A DNA stretch of 64,000 nt, taken from the NCBI RefSeq assembly GCF_011386835.1, contig NC_088791.1, positions 275,652,001-275,716,000 on the forward strand, in the 5' to 3' direction. Made by a program: the position numbers and the translations under genes. The notes below the pieces were generated by a model. It was not told the origin of the DNA, made no database searches, and saw only the letters and a list, made by a program, of their open reading frames with translations. This document shows, in pieces, positions 1 to 12,459 of the stretch. Every line of letters begins with the position of its first letter. Within the stretch, counting starts at the first letter, position 1. This DNA is from Chrysemys picta bellii. Its lineage: Eukaryota.

Positions 1-923
1 AAACCTCCCAATTGACCTGGACTGTGCCTTCTTCCAGAGGAGAAGGTCTTTGGGCTGTTCCCCAACCCACATGATGAATCTCTGAGGCAAAAAAATCCAC
101 CAATAAGCGCAGGACCCACCAAGATAGAGGAGGAACTTTGTCACAGTGGTTAGTGGCAGAAGTACAAGGCAAATTTGAAAGTATAGATTTTTTTAAAGTA
201 TTTTTGTCTCCAATATCTACTTTTACCCAAAAGTTTAGATAAGTTTCTCATAAATATCCATATTTTTCCAGCCTTATCTGACTGAAACCTCCAATCCTTG
301 TCACATGCCCATCACAATATTTGTTTTTTTCTGGTCATGTGACACTAGATCTTAGAATAAACTGTTCAAAATCAGAGACTAACTGAAGCATGGTAGAAAG
401 AGAGGATGAAGTAAGTAGTTAAGAAGAAATACTTTTTCTGCACTTACTGGATATCTCAAAGGCATATGCTGTATATAATTTTATTGTATGTATTTGTGGG
501 AAATATATATCATTAGGGCTGTTTATTAATCATAGTTAACTCATGCGATTAACTCAAAAAATTAATTGCGATTAATCACAGTTTTAATCGCACTGTTAAA
601 CAATAAAATACCAGTTGAAATGTATTAAATATTTTTGGATGTTTTTCTACATTTTCAAATATATTGATTTCAGTTACAACACAGATTACAAAGTGTACTG
701 TGCTCACTTTATATGATTATTTTTTATTACAAATATTTCCACTGTAAAAATGATCAACAAAAGAAATACAGTAGTATTTTTCAGTTCACCTCATGCAAGT
801 ACTGTAGTGCAATCTCTTTATTGTGAAAATGCAACTTACAAATGTAGATTTTTTTTTTTGTTACATAGCTGCACTCAAAAACAAAACTATGCAAAACTTT
901 AGAGCTTACAAGTCCACACAGTC

Positions 924-1157
924 CTACTTCTTGTTCAGCCAATCACTAAGATAAACAAGTTTGTTTACATTTACGGGATATAATGCTGCCCACTTCTTAT
1001 TTACAATGTCACACGAAAGTGAGAACAGGTGTTCACATGAGACTTTTGTAGCCGGCATTGCAAGGTATTTATGTGCCAGATATGCTAAACATTCATATGC
1101 CTCTTCACGCTTCGGCCACCATTCCAGAGGACATGCTTCCATGCTGATGATGCTCAT
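924..1157 (-). pseudogene. hAT transposase C-terminal dimerisation domain remnant (left arm)
   Basis: ORF ACPLEWW...KYLAMPATKVSCEHLFSLSCDIVNKKWAAL fits the hAT dimerisation motif (LxWW...LxxPAtSxxxERxFS...R..L). Confidence 0.85.
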
Positions 1158-1339
1158 TAAAAAAATGTGTTAATTAAATTTGGGACTGAACTCCTTGGGG
1201 AAGAATTGTATGTCTCTGGCTCTGTTTTACTAGCATTCTGCCATATATTTCATGTTTTATAGTAGTCTCGGATGATGATTCAGCACATGTTGTTCATTTT
1301 AAGAACATTTTTGCTGCAGATTTGACAAAATGCAAAGAA

Positions 1340-1815
1340 GGTACCCATGTGAGATTTCTAAAGATAGCTACAGCACTCGACCCAAGGTTTAAGAATCTGA
1401 AGTGCCTTCCAAAATCTTATCTGGATGGGGTGTGTGGAGCATACTTTCAGAAGTCTTAAAAGAGCAACACTCCGATTCAGAAACTACAGAACTCAAACCA
1501 CCAAACAAGAAAATCAACCTTCGGTTGGTGGCATCTGACTCAGATTATGAAAATGAACATGCGTCGGTCTGCACTGCTTTGGATTGTTATCGAGCAGAAC
1601 TTGTCATTAGCATGCACGCATGTCCTGTGGAATGGTGGATGAAGCATGAAGTGATATATGAATCTTGTAAATATCTTGCGACGCCGGTTACAACAGTGCC
1701 ATGCGAATGCCTGTTCTCACGTTCTGGTGACATTGTGAGCAAGAAGCGGGCAGCATTATCTCCTGCAAATGTAAACAAACTTGTTTGTCTGAGCGATTGG
1801 CTGAACAAGAAATAG
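1340..1815 (+). pseudogene. hAT transposase C-terminal remnant (right arm)
   Basis: FLKIATALDPRFKNLKCLPK upstream, then CPVEWW...KYLATPVTTVPCECLFSRSGDIVSKKRAALSP. No N-terminus; frameshifted. Confidence 0.85.
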
Positions 1816-2799
1816 GACTGAGTGGACTTGTAGGCTCCAAAGTTTTACATTATTTTATATTTTAATGCAGTTATTTTTTGTACATAAGTCTACATTTGTA
1901 AGTTCAACTTTCATAATTAAGCAATTGCACTACAGTACTTGTATTAGGTGAATTGAAAAATATTTTTTGGTTTTTTTTTTTACAGTGGAAATATTTGTAA
2001 TAAAAAATATAAAGTGAGCACTCTACACTTTGTAGTTTGTGTTCTAATTGAAATCAATATATTTGAAAATGTAGAAAATGTCCAAAAATATTTAAATAAA
2101 TGGTATTCTATTATTGTTTAACAGTGTGATTAATTGCAATTATTTTTTAATCGCTTGACAGCCCTACCTATAATACATATAAAGTGTTAAAAGTTCTGTT
2201 ACTACCATATTTAAAAAATGTTTTGACTATTCTTAATCAGATCAAAAACAGTAGTTGCTTGCCTGCATAATCTTTGCTGCCTTGATCTGTTTCCTGAGAT
2301 CAGTGTAAGTGTCTTTCTCTGGATTCCCATGTTTAATAATGTGTGCCCACAGAATGAATTTAACTGTGTGTATTTGACTGCACTACAGAGGTGAGATATA
2401 GACTGGAGATCAGCCTATAATGTCCATTATTTGTATTTGTGATGGTGTTTGAGATATAACAAGGTATGGAAATACATCTGTTATCAGTGAACACTATTTT
2501 TGGAAGATCTTGTGCAACTTAACAAAGGTTTGCATTGTTAAATCATAACAACAAAATTGCAATATTGCTAGAAAATAGTGATGTCTTCATCTAGTCCATC
2601 GGACTCGGCCTGATCTTATTGGATATACTGGGGTTGCACGCCTCTTGTGCAGTCTCCATCTCCTCTTGTAATGAGACCAAATGTTTTGCACTGGAGTTTG
2701 TATTAAGCATTGTCCTGGATACCCAACTAACAGGGGACGAACAGATCCACTTAAATAGCATAGATTCTCAAATAATTCTTAAATTACTGTGTGTGTGCT

Positions 2800-4927
2800 A
2801 TATACAAGATAATCATGGGTATGTGGGGTCTGAATGAGCTCTCCCCTGACATCTAGGGATGAACTGGGGGAAAAGACTTCAGGAGCAGACCATGTTTGCA
2901 TAGACATGCCTAGTCTGTCTAGGCTTACAGCAGACAGAGCTGCTTTGCCAAAATGACCAATTGTGGCTGGTTTTGCATTACAAATCACTCTAGTATTTGA
3001 ATGCAGGGTGTATCAGGTCCTTTGCGGTCCCCTTTTGGAAGCCTTGTGATCCTACCATACCACATCCCAGGAAAGAGCAGTAGAGGCGGGTCCTCAAAGC
3101 TGCCTAGAGAGGCTGTGGGGAAGAAACCAATCACAGAAAGGCTGCAGGGAGCAACTAGTCAGAGGCCAGCAGGCGCATATAAAAAGGAGCTGCTTGACAG
3201 AGCAGATCAGTTCTGGCTAGAGCCAGAGGAGCAAGGATGATGCTCCTGGCTAGGTGCTGGAGTTGCAGTACCTGGACAGAGCAGTGGCTGGCTGAAGCCA
3301 GAGGAGCAAGGAAGGTGTCCTTGGCTGATGGCTGGGACTCAGGCAAGACTTAAGCCCTAAGGTAAGGGTGAAGCTGAAAGTGCTGGGGCTAAGATGGGAA
3401 GTGGCCCAGAGACTCACAGCAGCAAGTAGTTTAAAGGGAAGCAGCCAGTGGGAGCTACATAGAGGGTCCCCGGGTTGGGACCCAGAGTAGTGGACAGGCT
3501 CGGGTTCTTGTCCCCCTCCCCCACCGGCTACAGGCAGTGTGTCCTGAGCCAAGGGAAGGGAGCTTAACCAAACCCAGATAAAGGGGCAGAAGACCCTGAA
3601 GAGGGTCAGCATTTAATTGAACTGTGTTAACCTTGCAAGGTTATCGAACTGAACTAGTGACTCAGCTGGAGAGCTGGGGGTCAGGAAGGCTTGCTACAGA
3701 GCAAAGTGTCACCCGGGAGGGACCTTGGAAGCTGGGGGACAGTTTGGAAGCTAGCCCAGGAGGGGCTGAGGCTAATCAGGGTGCTGTGATAGGCCCTGTT
3801 AGACTGAGTCAGCTGGAGGGTCAAGTCAATGAAAACCTGCTCAAGAAGTTTAACTATCAACAGGGGTCACAGCAAGGAGAGAGTGCAGGTGCAGACACAC
3901 CCGGCTGGCAGGGCTCTCCTGTGAGGTGAGTGGCCCTATCACAAGGGGTAATGAGATGTTGTTATCCTTATTGTACGAGTACAGGGCAGCAGACTGGGCT
4001 TAGCATGCCCTGAATGAGGGGGTCACCCTACACCAAACCTCACTTGCTAAGTGGGGGTAGGGATGCTAAATCCTAGTGGGGAGAAATGTGGGTGAGACAG
4101 GTGTTCCTCCTTGCTGGTGTAGACTCCGGCCAATAAGTCCTAGGTCCCTCTCTAGCATTTAATGACATAGCTGATTGGACTCACTTAAGAGTTCTTGTTT
4201 CTGCTTGGTGATTCCTAGAGCTGACATCAATGCTGAGCTTGTGTGGGGACAGTGAAAAACAGCATAGAGACTGCACTGGCTGTGAGGTTCCCCGCTACCT
4301 GCTGAAATCACAGAGAGCTGGGTTAAGTGATGGAACCTCGGCACATGACATTGTGGAAGCAACAAGCAGCGGCGGCTAATCGTGGCAGAGAAGCAGCAAC
4401 AGAGAAAAGTGGCAGCAGTGGAACAGCTGCAGAGACATTGCTCAACACCTGCCCCCTCCAGGTGGAAGGTAAACCCCAGAAAAGCACCTTTGAACTCTGG
4501 ATCTTCACTAACCAAGGACAGCTAACTGTGAGTGGGGTGCAGTGGAGGGAGAGGGGAGTGATGTGTTAAAGGGATGTTTGTTCATTGGACTTTCCCACTG
4601 CAAGGTGGGAAACTGAGGTAAAGGACACTGCCCAACTCACTGTGGGGTTGGGTTTGCTTATGGTCAGATGCTTTTGAATGTGGTTGTGGTGTTTTCCCAA
4701 ATTAATGCTGGGTTTCCTTTCCCTTTTAATAAGTTCCCTTTTCTTACACACCTCCCCACTTGCAGGCACTGAGTCTGCATTGCCTGAGGGGCACCCTGGG
4801 GTAGGATTACATTTTCCCAGATTATTAGGTGAGGATTCAAGCCAGTTCTCTTTTTGTATTAAGAGGAATCTTGGGATATCGAACCTGGCCTTTGTTGCTG
4901 TTGACTGCACCTGGCAGAAGGGTTACA
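2800..4927 (+). mobile_element. ERV-like solo LTR interrupted by a second LTR (left boundary approximate)
   Basis: Ends ...GAAGGGTTACA, with an AATAA-type signal near 4725. The sequence reads through (gaatgcaggg|aggggtaatgagatg) when 3009-3943 is removed. Confidence 0.55.
3009..3943. mobile_element. LTR (probably Gypsy-type solo LTR) nested in the ERV-like LTR
   Basis: TGTATC ... ATCACA termini with 4-bp flanking repeat AGGG/AGGG; purine-rich LTR-like body. Confidence 0.65.
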
Positions 4928-5012
4928 CACCTAACACTGAAAGGAAATGGACGCATACAGATAGGAACATCTCAGAGCACCCTAGCCTCATTTGATTCAC
5001 ACCTCTCATATC

Positions 5013-5120
5013 ATGGCAAATCTGAAAGCTACAAGCTATAGGCAAAGATTGCTCTCGAAAGGAGCATATTCTTGTAATGGAGACTCTCCAACGTCTCCCT
5101 CTCTTTATTCAGGAGCTCAG
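5013..5120 (+). CDS. Candidate first coding exon of an unidentified host gene (MANLKATSYRQRLLSKGAYSCNGDSPTSPSLYSGAQ)
   Basis: Strong Kozak context atcATGG, 36 open codons, and a near-consensus donor CAG|GTAAGC at 5121. Protein not recognised. Confidence 0.45.
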
Positions 5121-5841
5121 GTAAGCAAAGTTGGCACTTCTGTTAGTTTCTCTCTTTGTTCTTTCTATTGATGCCCCAGCCTCATTCACTCCCTTTCCCT
5201 GGAAAGACTGAGATAAAGTGTGATTGATCACCTCCTTGGATCTGCGACAAATTATCTCATTTAAAATGTTAATCTGGACTAATTCAAGCTCAGGTGATGG
5301 GGTTCAATTAAAATGGCTATTTGCTTAGAATGTAATTTCATAGACCTCCCTCCCTGTTGCTAAATCTGCAGGCTAGTTGAAGGTCTTTAACCTTCTGGGG
5401 ATGTTGGCCCCCACGCACCATATTGCTTCATCCCATCAGGGCCATAAGATACATGATGGATAGTTTGAAAATGATATGAGCCATGCAGAAACTTTAACCA
5501 CTGATATATTCACACTGGACAAAATCCAAAGTCTATTGATTTCATTGGGCTTTGCATCAGGCCCATAAAGTAGCTCATAAAGTCACAAATGTATGAAGAG
5601 CTTTAGTTCTCATTAAAGCTGAAGTTGAAGAAGAAAATAAAAATTGTGCAAGGCTCCTGATGTCACTGAAGGGACAAAATTATCATTTACATTATCCATA
5701 TGTTCTGACCTTGTATTAATTAGCAGTTAACTACTGGGAATTTCATTGGAGTATATCATAGACTCGAAGAAATTAGATATGGGAAAGTTTTATTATCTCA
5801 TCTAGTGCATGATTGGTCAATACAATATTATTATTATTCCC

Positions 5842-5867
5842 TTTTTTTTTTTTTTTTTTTTTTTTTT
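5842..5867. repeat. poly(T) tract, 26 nt
   Basis: Direct reading. Confidence 0.95.
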
Positions 5868-6189
5868 GCAAGGACCAGTGCATTTAATTCAATAGTTAAA
5901 TGTCTCCAGCAACTGAGAATTCAATATGTCCCTTGGAAGACTATTCCGCTGTGTAATGTGTTTCATATTTTGGATTATATTGATTTTTATTGTTTCTGCG
6001 ACTACCCACAATGTGTTACAGAAAGATAGCATGATCTTTGCACGAAAGAAGCTACTCTAGAAAAGACAAAAGCAAGATGGAGATGATTGGTGGAGGAAAA
6101 GGGAACAACAAACAAGTAAGGTGATGTGATTGACTATGTCAAATAAGACGGCTTTTGGTTTGTTTGGTTTTGTTTACATAGAATGTATA

Positions 6190-6730
6190 AAGTTATGTAG
6201 GCTACTCCAACTGATTTCTACCATGGTGCTATTGGATGGCTAGTTACTTATAGGCATCATGGTTGAAGTGGTTCTGCAGGAGGGATTTGGATGAGAAGCG
6301 TGCCTTGGCCTTGAGGATTGGCTTTATGCAGGATGATCTACAAGTAGAGGAGAGCATGGAAGAAAGTACAGAGATATTTGATGAAGCAGGGGACAATCAG
6401 CTTGCTGAGACTGGCATCATTGGCAAAGCAGATGGGATGGAGTGCAATGTAATAAGGAGTAGGGTGGGGGCAGAAGAATGCAGGATCTTGAGGACAGGGC
6501 CGCCCAGAAGATTCAGCGGGCCTGGGACAAAGCAATTTTGGGGGCCCCTTCCATAAAAAAAGTTGCAATACTATAGAATACTATATTCTCGTGGGGGCTC
6601 CTGCAGGGCCTGGGGCAAATTGCCCCACTTGCCACCCCCCTCTGGGTGGCCCTGCTTGAGGGCAAGACTCCAAGCTTAAGTTTCTTACAACAGATGAAAG
6701 GAAGCCAATGGGCAAAGAATAGATCCTGCT
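6190..6730 (-). mobile_element. Old L2-like LINE 3' remnant, interrupted by a MITE
   Basis: Purine-rich decayed sequence resembling an antisense L2 3' region, continuing across the 6495-6654 insertion. Recognition by eye only. Confidence 0.35.
6495..6654 (+). mobile_element. hAT MITE (CAGGGCCGCCC family)
   Basis: TIR CAGGGCCGCCCAG/CTGGGTGGCCCTG, 8-bp TSD cttgagga/cttgaggg. Homologous copies at 17120 and 44357. Confidence 0.92.
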
Positions 6731-6904
6731 GGCAGCATTTTGTATGGACTGAAATGGGCAACTTAATTTCACTTTATTATGCACTATGGCATCTTAACCA
6801 AACATCTTAGATTCATACCTTGATAAAGGAGTGCTGGGAAAAATGGAGAAAACCATACTTCTCACTTTTTATCTGCCACTCTCAATGCACTTCATAAAGG
6901 TAAA

Positions 6905-7025
6905 TAAGTATCATTAGGCCCAAGCACAGCAAGGTTGAGGTACATGGAGTCACCATCAAAGCTGGAGACAGACCTTGGATCTCCTGACTCCATGTCCTCT
7001 ACATTAAACAATGCTGCTTCTCATT
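6905..7025 (-). mobile_element. MIR/CORE-SINE remnant
   Basis: Antisense MIR-like core (…gctggagacagaccttggatctcctgactcc…). Confidence 0.45.
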
Positions 7026-8972
7026 AGTCCCTACATTTTTGGAAGTAGAAGTATCTTTCCTGTCTCATTTTACATCCTCCTGACTGTTACCCGGGGTGCA
7101 TATGGCTCTGCTAGCCCTGCCACTGAAGAAATGCATTTGGGTTTCTGTTCTGAATTCGCAGATAGCATGCTGAACTGAATGTTTCTGAAATGAAGCAAAT
7201 CCAACTGTAATGGTCTTGCCGTGGGCACACCCTAATTAAAGCAAAAATTTCCATATGTTACACCCTTTCTGCAGACATGTCTTTTGTGACTTGAATGCTC
7301 TAAGTCATCTCATAAAGGACTTTCACACTGGGGACAACTTCGACCTGTGTCACTGCACACCTTCTCATAGGTTTGATCTTTTTCTTTTCATGCCCCTCTG
7401 GCTAATTATCAGAGATTTGTTTGCTTCATCCACTGCTTTCACTTTGACAGCCCTGTCACCCTCTCCTTCATTCCGCAGTGAAGTTACAATGCTGAATTTG
7501 ATACTGTGATCATTTTCATGGCAACAGACTGTGGTGTCCTAATAATGGATTATGCTGACTTCACTGCAGGATCAAGCAGGAGGAGAAGCTCATTTTTGGG
7601 CAGGGAAAACTTTTTCACAGAACATCAATGCCTTCCAAAACAGTGGGGAGAAAAATAGAAAGTTTATTGTCAAAATCAAATTGCTACGTATATAGCAAAA
7701 AGTATTCTTTTTGTTATCTTTGTCCCAATCTGCAAATCCCACTTATGATGATTGGTGAATCTTTCTGTATCCCTCAAGTCCTGGAAAACCTTTGGATGGT
7801 TATCTGAAGCTTTCTAAATTTATTGGACTTTTTTTGGTCTAGAAACCTCCAAAGAACAGGCTTTCACAAGGGATTTGTACTGTGGTTATTACTATTAGTG
7901 TTCTATTATTTATACCGTGCTATGGGTGTGCATGATGCTTCACAGACAAATACAATGACAGGTTTTTGCCTCAAGCTGCTTGGAGCCTAGTAAACAAAAG
8001 GAAGGGGTGAGGTTTGGGCTAGATTGAAAGTAACCTTTCTTGTGGTAGCTTGGTGCTTCCACTTCTAGTTCTCCCCCTCCCCCAGACTGTTAACGTTTGT
8101 TCTGAGCCAAAGGTTCAAATTTTAGATAAATCTTAAGGCTGATTCTAATCTTGTAGAGACTGGTTCATCCATGTTTCCTCCATCCCTAAACTTTACACAT
8201 CTTCTCTAGGCAGCCAAGGACTTTGACAGCCATAGCATAGGTCAGGTTGCAGAGGCAGATGAGACTGGAAGTTTGAGTACAGCTGCTGTATAACCAAGAC
8301 TTGTACAGTTAAATTAGAGCATACAGTGTTTCTCATTTATCTTAGTGCTTCTGAAATATTGTAGTAAGTTATCTTGGGAGTCTAGTACCCAGCCTGGCAC
8401 TCCCTCCTTCACCTCCAGCACAGGGGACACACTGGGGGTGGAGAAGGGCATGGTAGAGATCCCTCCCCCCTTTTATACTGTATGCTAGTGGTGTACATTA
8501 CAGCAGCCCCAGGACTGCTCTAAACTCACACCAGCACCAGACTTGTGCAGACTCCCATCCTGTGTCAAAGCTGAATTCTGCTACAGGGGAAAATTAAGCT
8601 CTGTGTTTTTGTGGATGTGCGGCCACACTAACACCTAGTGGGCACTGCCAGAATACAAATAATAAATAACATGAAAGTGGGCTAGCTCTATAACTGGGTT
8701 TCTAGCACAGAAAAATAATCACTTCCATAGCCATGTTCTTCTATCTGATAGCTGTTCCCTCTTGTACAAGGAAATTCCTTTGTAGAGACTCCTTCAGGGT
8801 TCTAGAGCTAGATGCACTTTGTGTTTCCAGTATTAGGTGTTACTGTATGTTGACATTGGCTCCAAAGAGATCCATTGCAATGGTAGAGCAAATGCTATGT
8901 ACATCCAAGTCAGTAAGTTATTCTCAAAGGGTGGTATTCTCTCCATATTAAGGACTAATACAAGATCTATAA

Positions 8973-9108
8973 CAGGGGTGGCCAAACTTACTGACCCTTG
9001 GAACTGCATATGACAATCTTCAGAAGGTCGAGAGCTGGGGCTCACCTGCTGGGGCTTCAGCTCGTAGAAAGCACCTGCTTGGGGATTCAGCCCCACTCCT
9101 GTTGCTAG
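8973..9108 (+). mobile_element. Single hAT MITE end (truncated)
   Basis: CAGGGGTGGCCAAACT terminus with no partner TIR; abuts the Gypsy protease remnant. Confidence 0.7.
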
Positions 9109-9109
9109 A

Positions 9110-11140
9110 AAGCTACCGCAGCATGTAGCTGTTATAATGGTTTCTGCCCTAGGGGGCAGGAAAATTCCTTAATTGCAAACCATGTGTCTCACCTGGGCCA
9201 TATCTTTAAAGGGAATTTCCACAGACTGAATTTGTAAGACGCCTGTCCTGGCACTGAATTCAGTTATTAGCCATAATGAAATCCAAGCCAATTATTGGCT
9301 CATCCATTATTTCAGTAACCCAGACTTCTTACTCAATTGTCTGTTTCTGGATAGATGCCCCTGCCCTAGTCACTGTCTCCATTTCAGACCAATTAGGCAA
9401 TTCAGGTTTGGATCCCCTGTTCCCTGGCCTTTTGAGCCTGTATGGTCTAATAAAAAATAAGTTTGAGCCTGGGTTAACTATCTCCTATACACATCACAGA
9501 TCCTATTACAAACTCGATAGCCCAACTCCCATTGTTGTTGAACCGCTCAGATCTAAACAAAAACTGTGGGGTTGATGCTTGTACCTCCAAATTCTGTCCC
9601 TTCAGCTTCCCCCATTTCCCAAACTGAGAGAGGGACTTTCACTAGACGCCTGTGACAGGCAGTCTTGGCCTACCTTCAATTTATAACAATCCTCCTTTTT
9701 GTGGCCAGTTTTGCCATTGTGCCAGCATTATCTAAACTGTCTCCTTTAATTTTTGCATGATTACTAATTTCCCTTGTTTAAAAACCAAATTTATCATCTG
9801 TTCTAATAGTTCAAAATTGTCATGAACCAGATTTGTCTCCCCCTGTTAAGAACCAGGGCGTGGGCGGTCATACGTAGTGGTCAGAGCAGGAGCTGGTGTT
9901 GGGAGGTAAGCCTGAGGTGCTGCTCTGTCTAGCTCCTTTCGTGGTGACTAGGGAGCATTAGCAACCCAGGGCCCCCGCCACCCTGGGTTCAAGATGTTCC
10001 AAAACCAAGGACCTGCTTCCATGGGTCACACACACCTATTTCATCATACATATTAGACACAGAGCTGTACTTACAGGGCTTATGGCGATCAGCTTCACTC
10101 TTCCTCACTAGCAGTTGCTTCTTGTTCTGGTGAACTGCTACAGGGAAAGATTCAAGTGGCAAACCAAGCCTCTCAAAGTATCTGTGGCCTCCTTTGCTGA
10201 TCTTGATTTGCAAGTCCAAGTCCAACTGAGCATCTATCAATTGGTCCATTGCCAGTCTATCCTGGAACACCTCATGATATCCAGGAACACAAATCTCTGC
10301 AGGTCCTCTGCCAGTTCGGGTGGGGTTTCTTCTTTCCCACTCCTTCTAGCTCTAAACTGTGCCCTGGCCAGCTCAGATTGATGGTTAGCTCCATACTGCA
10401 TGTGAAGGGCTTGTACATGGTCTGGATAACTCCATCTCTTCTCTGGGGATAACTTCTCCAGAGTTGAGCCACCCAAGTTGACTGCTAGTAACCCCCCTTT
10501 CTGTCCATCTTCCCAGCCATTGATTTGAGCTATAATATTGCATTGAGCTGAATAAGCCTCCCAGGGAGAATTTCCTTAAAGGTATCAAGTTTTTGCATTA
10601 TTTGAGCTGGGACAGCCTGACCTCTTTCCTCTGGGCTTCTGTGGGTTACAAACAGGGTAGAAAAGGGTCATAAATGTCCAATCTTACCCTAGTCCTCTAC
10701 CTGTCTCAATTCTTCATCCAAGCAGCTGCCTTCCACTGTGATTTGCTTCTAGAGCTGAATTTTCAGCTCCTTAACTCCTTGCTGCAGTTTATCTCTGTTA
10801 CCAAGTTCCAAGGTTGCTGAATCTTACCTGGTCCCCACTACTTCATGGAAAAACTTCTGGCCTATGGCAGGTCAATGAGATGACCAGCAACCTGACTGTC
10901 TTGCCATTCCATCCTGAGAGCTTTGCAACTGGGCTTCCCAACCTGTCCAGATTCTTTGTAGTTGTTGCTCCAACAGAAATTTGATGCTCATCTGTAATTC
11001 AACCCTCAGCTCTTTCTGGGAATCCTACAGTTACTGCTTTAATTTCTTTTGTGAAGCCTCCAGCTTGTGTTTCAGGTCTTGTTTTAAATAATGCTGGCTA
11101 TTTTTTATTTCTGCAAACACCTCCATTATGTATTCCAGCT
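9110..11140 (-). pseudogene. Ty3/Gypsy gag-protease remnant
   Basis: Minus-strand translation gives a coiled coil (KLEYIMEVFAEIK...LKQDLKHKLE), a capsid-like region (FKGNSPWEAYSAQCNIIAQINGW...ELARAQFRARR...ETPPELAEDLQR...QDRLAMDQLIDA), a degenerate CCHC knuckle (CWHNGKTGHKKEDC, ~9685-9726) and a protease tail (WVTEIMDEPIIGLDF). Stops and frameshifts present. Confidence 0.85.
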
Positions 11141-11839
11141 TGGTTCAACAGGAATACCCTCTATCTCTTTGGTGTCAGATGCAGGATCCATTTTACAGTG
11201 TTGCCCCCTTTTTGACCCGAGCAGCTACTTAAAGTTCAGGGGCCTTGGTGGTGATCCAGATGGAAGTAGAAATTGATGGAATCTGGTATTTTCTTTGATG
11301 CAGCCTTGTTTATTTACAAGGAATTTACAAAGTCCTGTATGTCTGAATACAGAAGGAACCAAGAACAAAAGGGGCAGTTTCTTAGCTTACATCCCCCAAA
11401 GCCTTTTTAGCCCCCACCAGACCCAAAAAGTCTCTCTAGCTTTTTCCAGGGTCACACTGAGCTTATAGACTCCTGCTTGACTTTCTTGCTTCTCCCTCTC
11501 TCTTTGTTGTTTATTCTCAGGCCTTGTCTACATGACAGAGTTTTGCCAACAGAACAGTGGGGATGTACATGCTACAATGCTCCTCCCGCCAATTTAACTC
11601 TCCTGTGTCAACAAAATAAAACCGCCTCAATGAGAGGCATAGAGCTTTTTGCAACAACGTTAGAGTGATGCAGTGTCACTGTAGACACTGCGGTTGTTTA
11701 TGGTGCCCTAATTGGCCTCCAGGAGGTGTCCCACAATGCCCAGCATGACCACTCTAGTCAGCAATTTGAGCTCTGCTGCCCTGAAGGTACACAAGCATGC
11801 AACCCTCCCTCATTTAAAGGCCCAGGAATTTTTGAAATT

Positions 11840-12234
11840 CCTCTTCCTGTTTGCTCATCATGGACAATTCACACAGCATCTATGTTCTGGAGTCAATAGA
11901 CGCAGCACATTGCAAAACAAGAGTGTGGAGGGAGACAATCAACGAATGCCTCAGGCTGGATAGCTTAGAAAGGACACAGGAGCAGAAGCAGATGATAAAG
12001 CTGCTGGAAGGCCATGCAAAGCTGTTCAAGTCCTTCATTACACTGCAGTATGAGCACATCCATCTACAAATCCCCCTCCAGCCAACACAGAACTCTGTTC
12101 CATGCTCTCCCCAAACTCCCCGACCACATTCCTCGCATGTTCCTGGTCCCTTGCTATACCCCATGCACTCTACCCATGTGGCTGGTTTCACAATGAAAGC
12201 TGGAGTTACACACAGCTGTGAGAGCCATAACTGA
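11840..12234 (+). pseudogene. Harbinger second-ORF (Myb/SANT partner) C-terminal remnant
   Basis: Coiled-coil-like DSLERTQEQKQMIKLLEGHAKLFKSFITLQ followed by a Pro-rich tail, convergent with the transposase. The Myb domain itself is not seen. Confidence 0.55.
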
Positions 12235-12459
12235 CAGTCTGTTCCTCATTACCATGTCTCCTGTTTGACAACATTTTTGTGTTTTGTCCTGTTGTTAAAT
12301 TTTAGTCTTTGAAATAAAATGAGTCTTTATTTGTGCCATGCACACGTTAATTAGTGCTAACATTCAAACACAGTGACTATAGACAGGAATATTTGCTCAG
12401 TATAATTAACTCGGAGGAAGCAAGCACTACAGGGGTCATTCAAGGCAGCAAGTAAACAT

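Larger units (their letters stand above)
514..2166. mobile_element. hAT-derived non-autonomous DNA transposon with very long inverted arms (fold-back structure)
   Basis: Termini TAGGGCTGT ... ACAGCCCTA. About 514-1155 is the reverse complement of about 1600-2166. Degenerate 8-bp flanks tatatcat/cctataat. Confidence 0.9.

Noticed and set aside
924-1815. Domesticated ZBED-like host gene
   Set aside because: Only C-terminal fragments, frameshifted and enclosed by TIRs.
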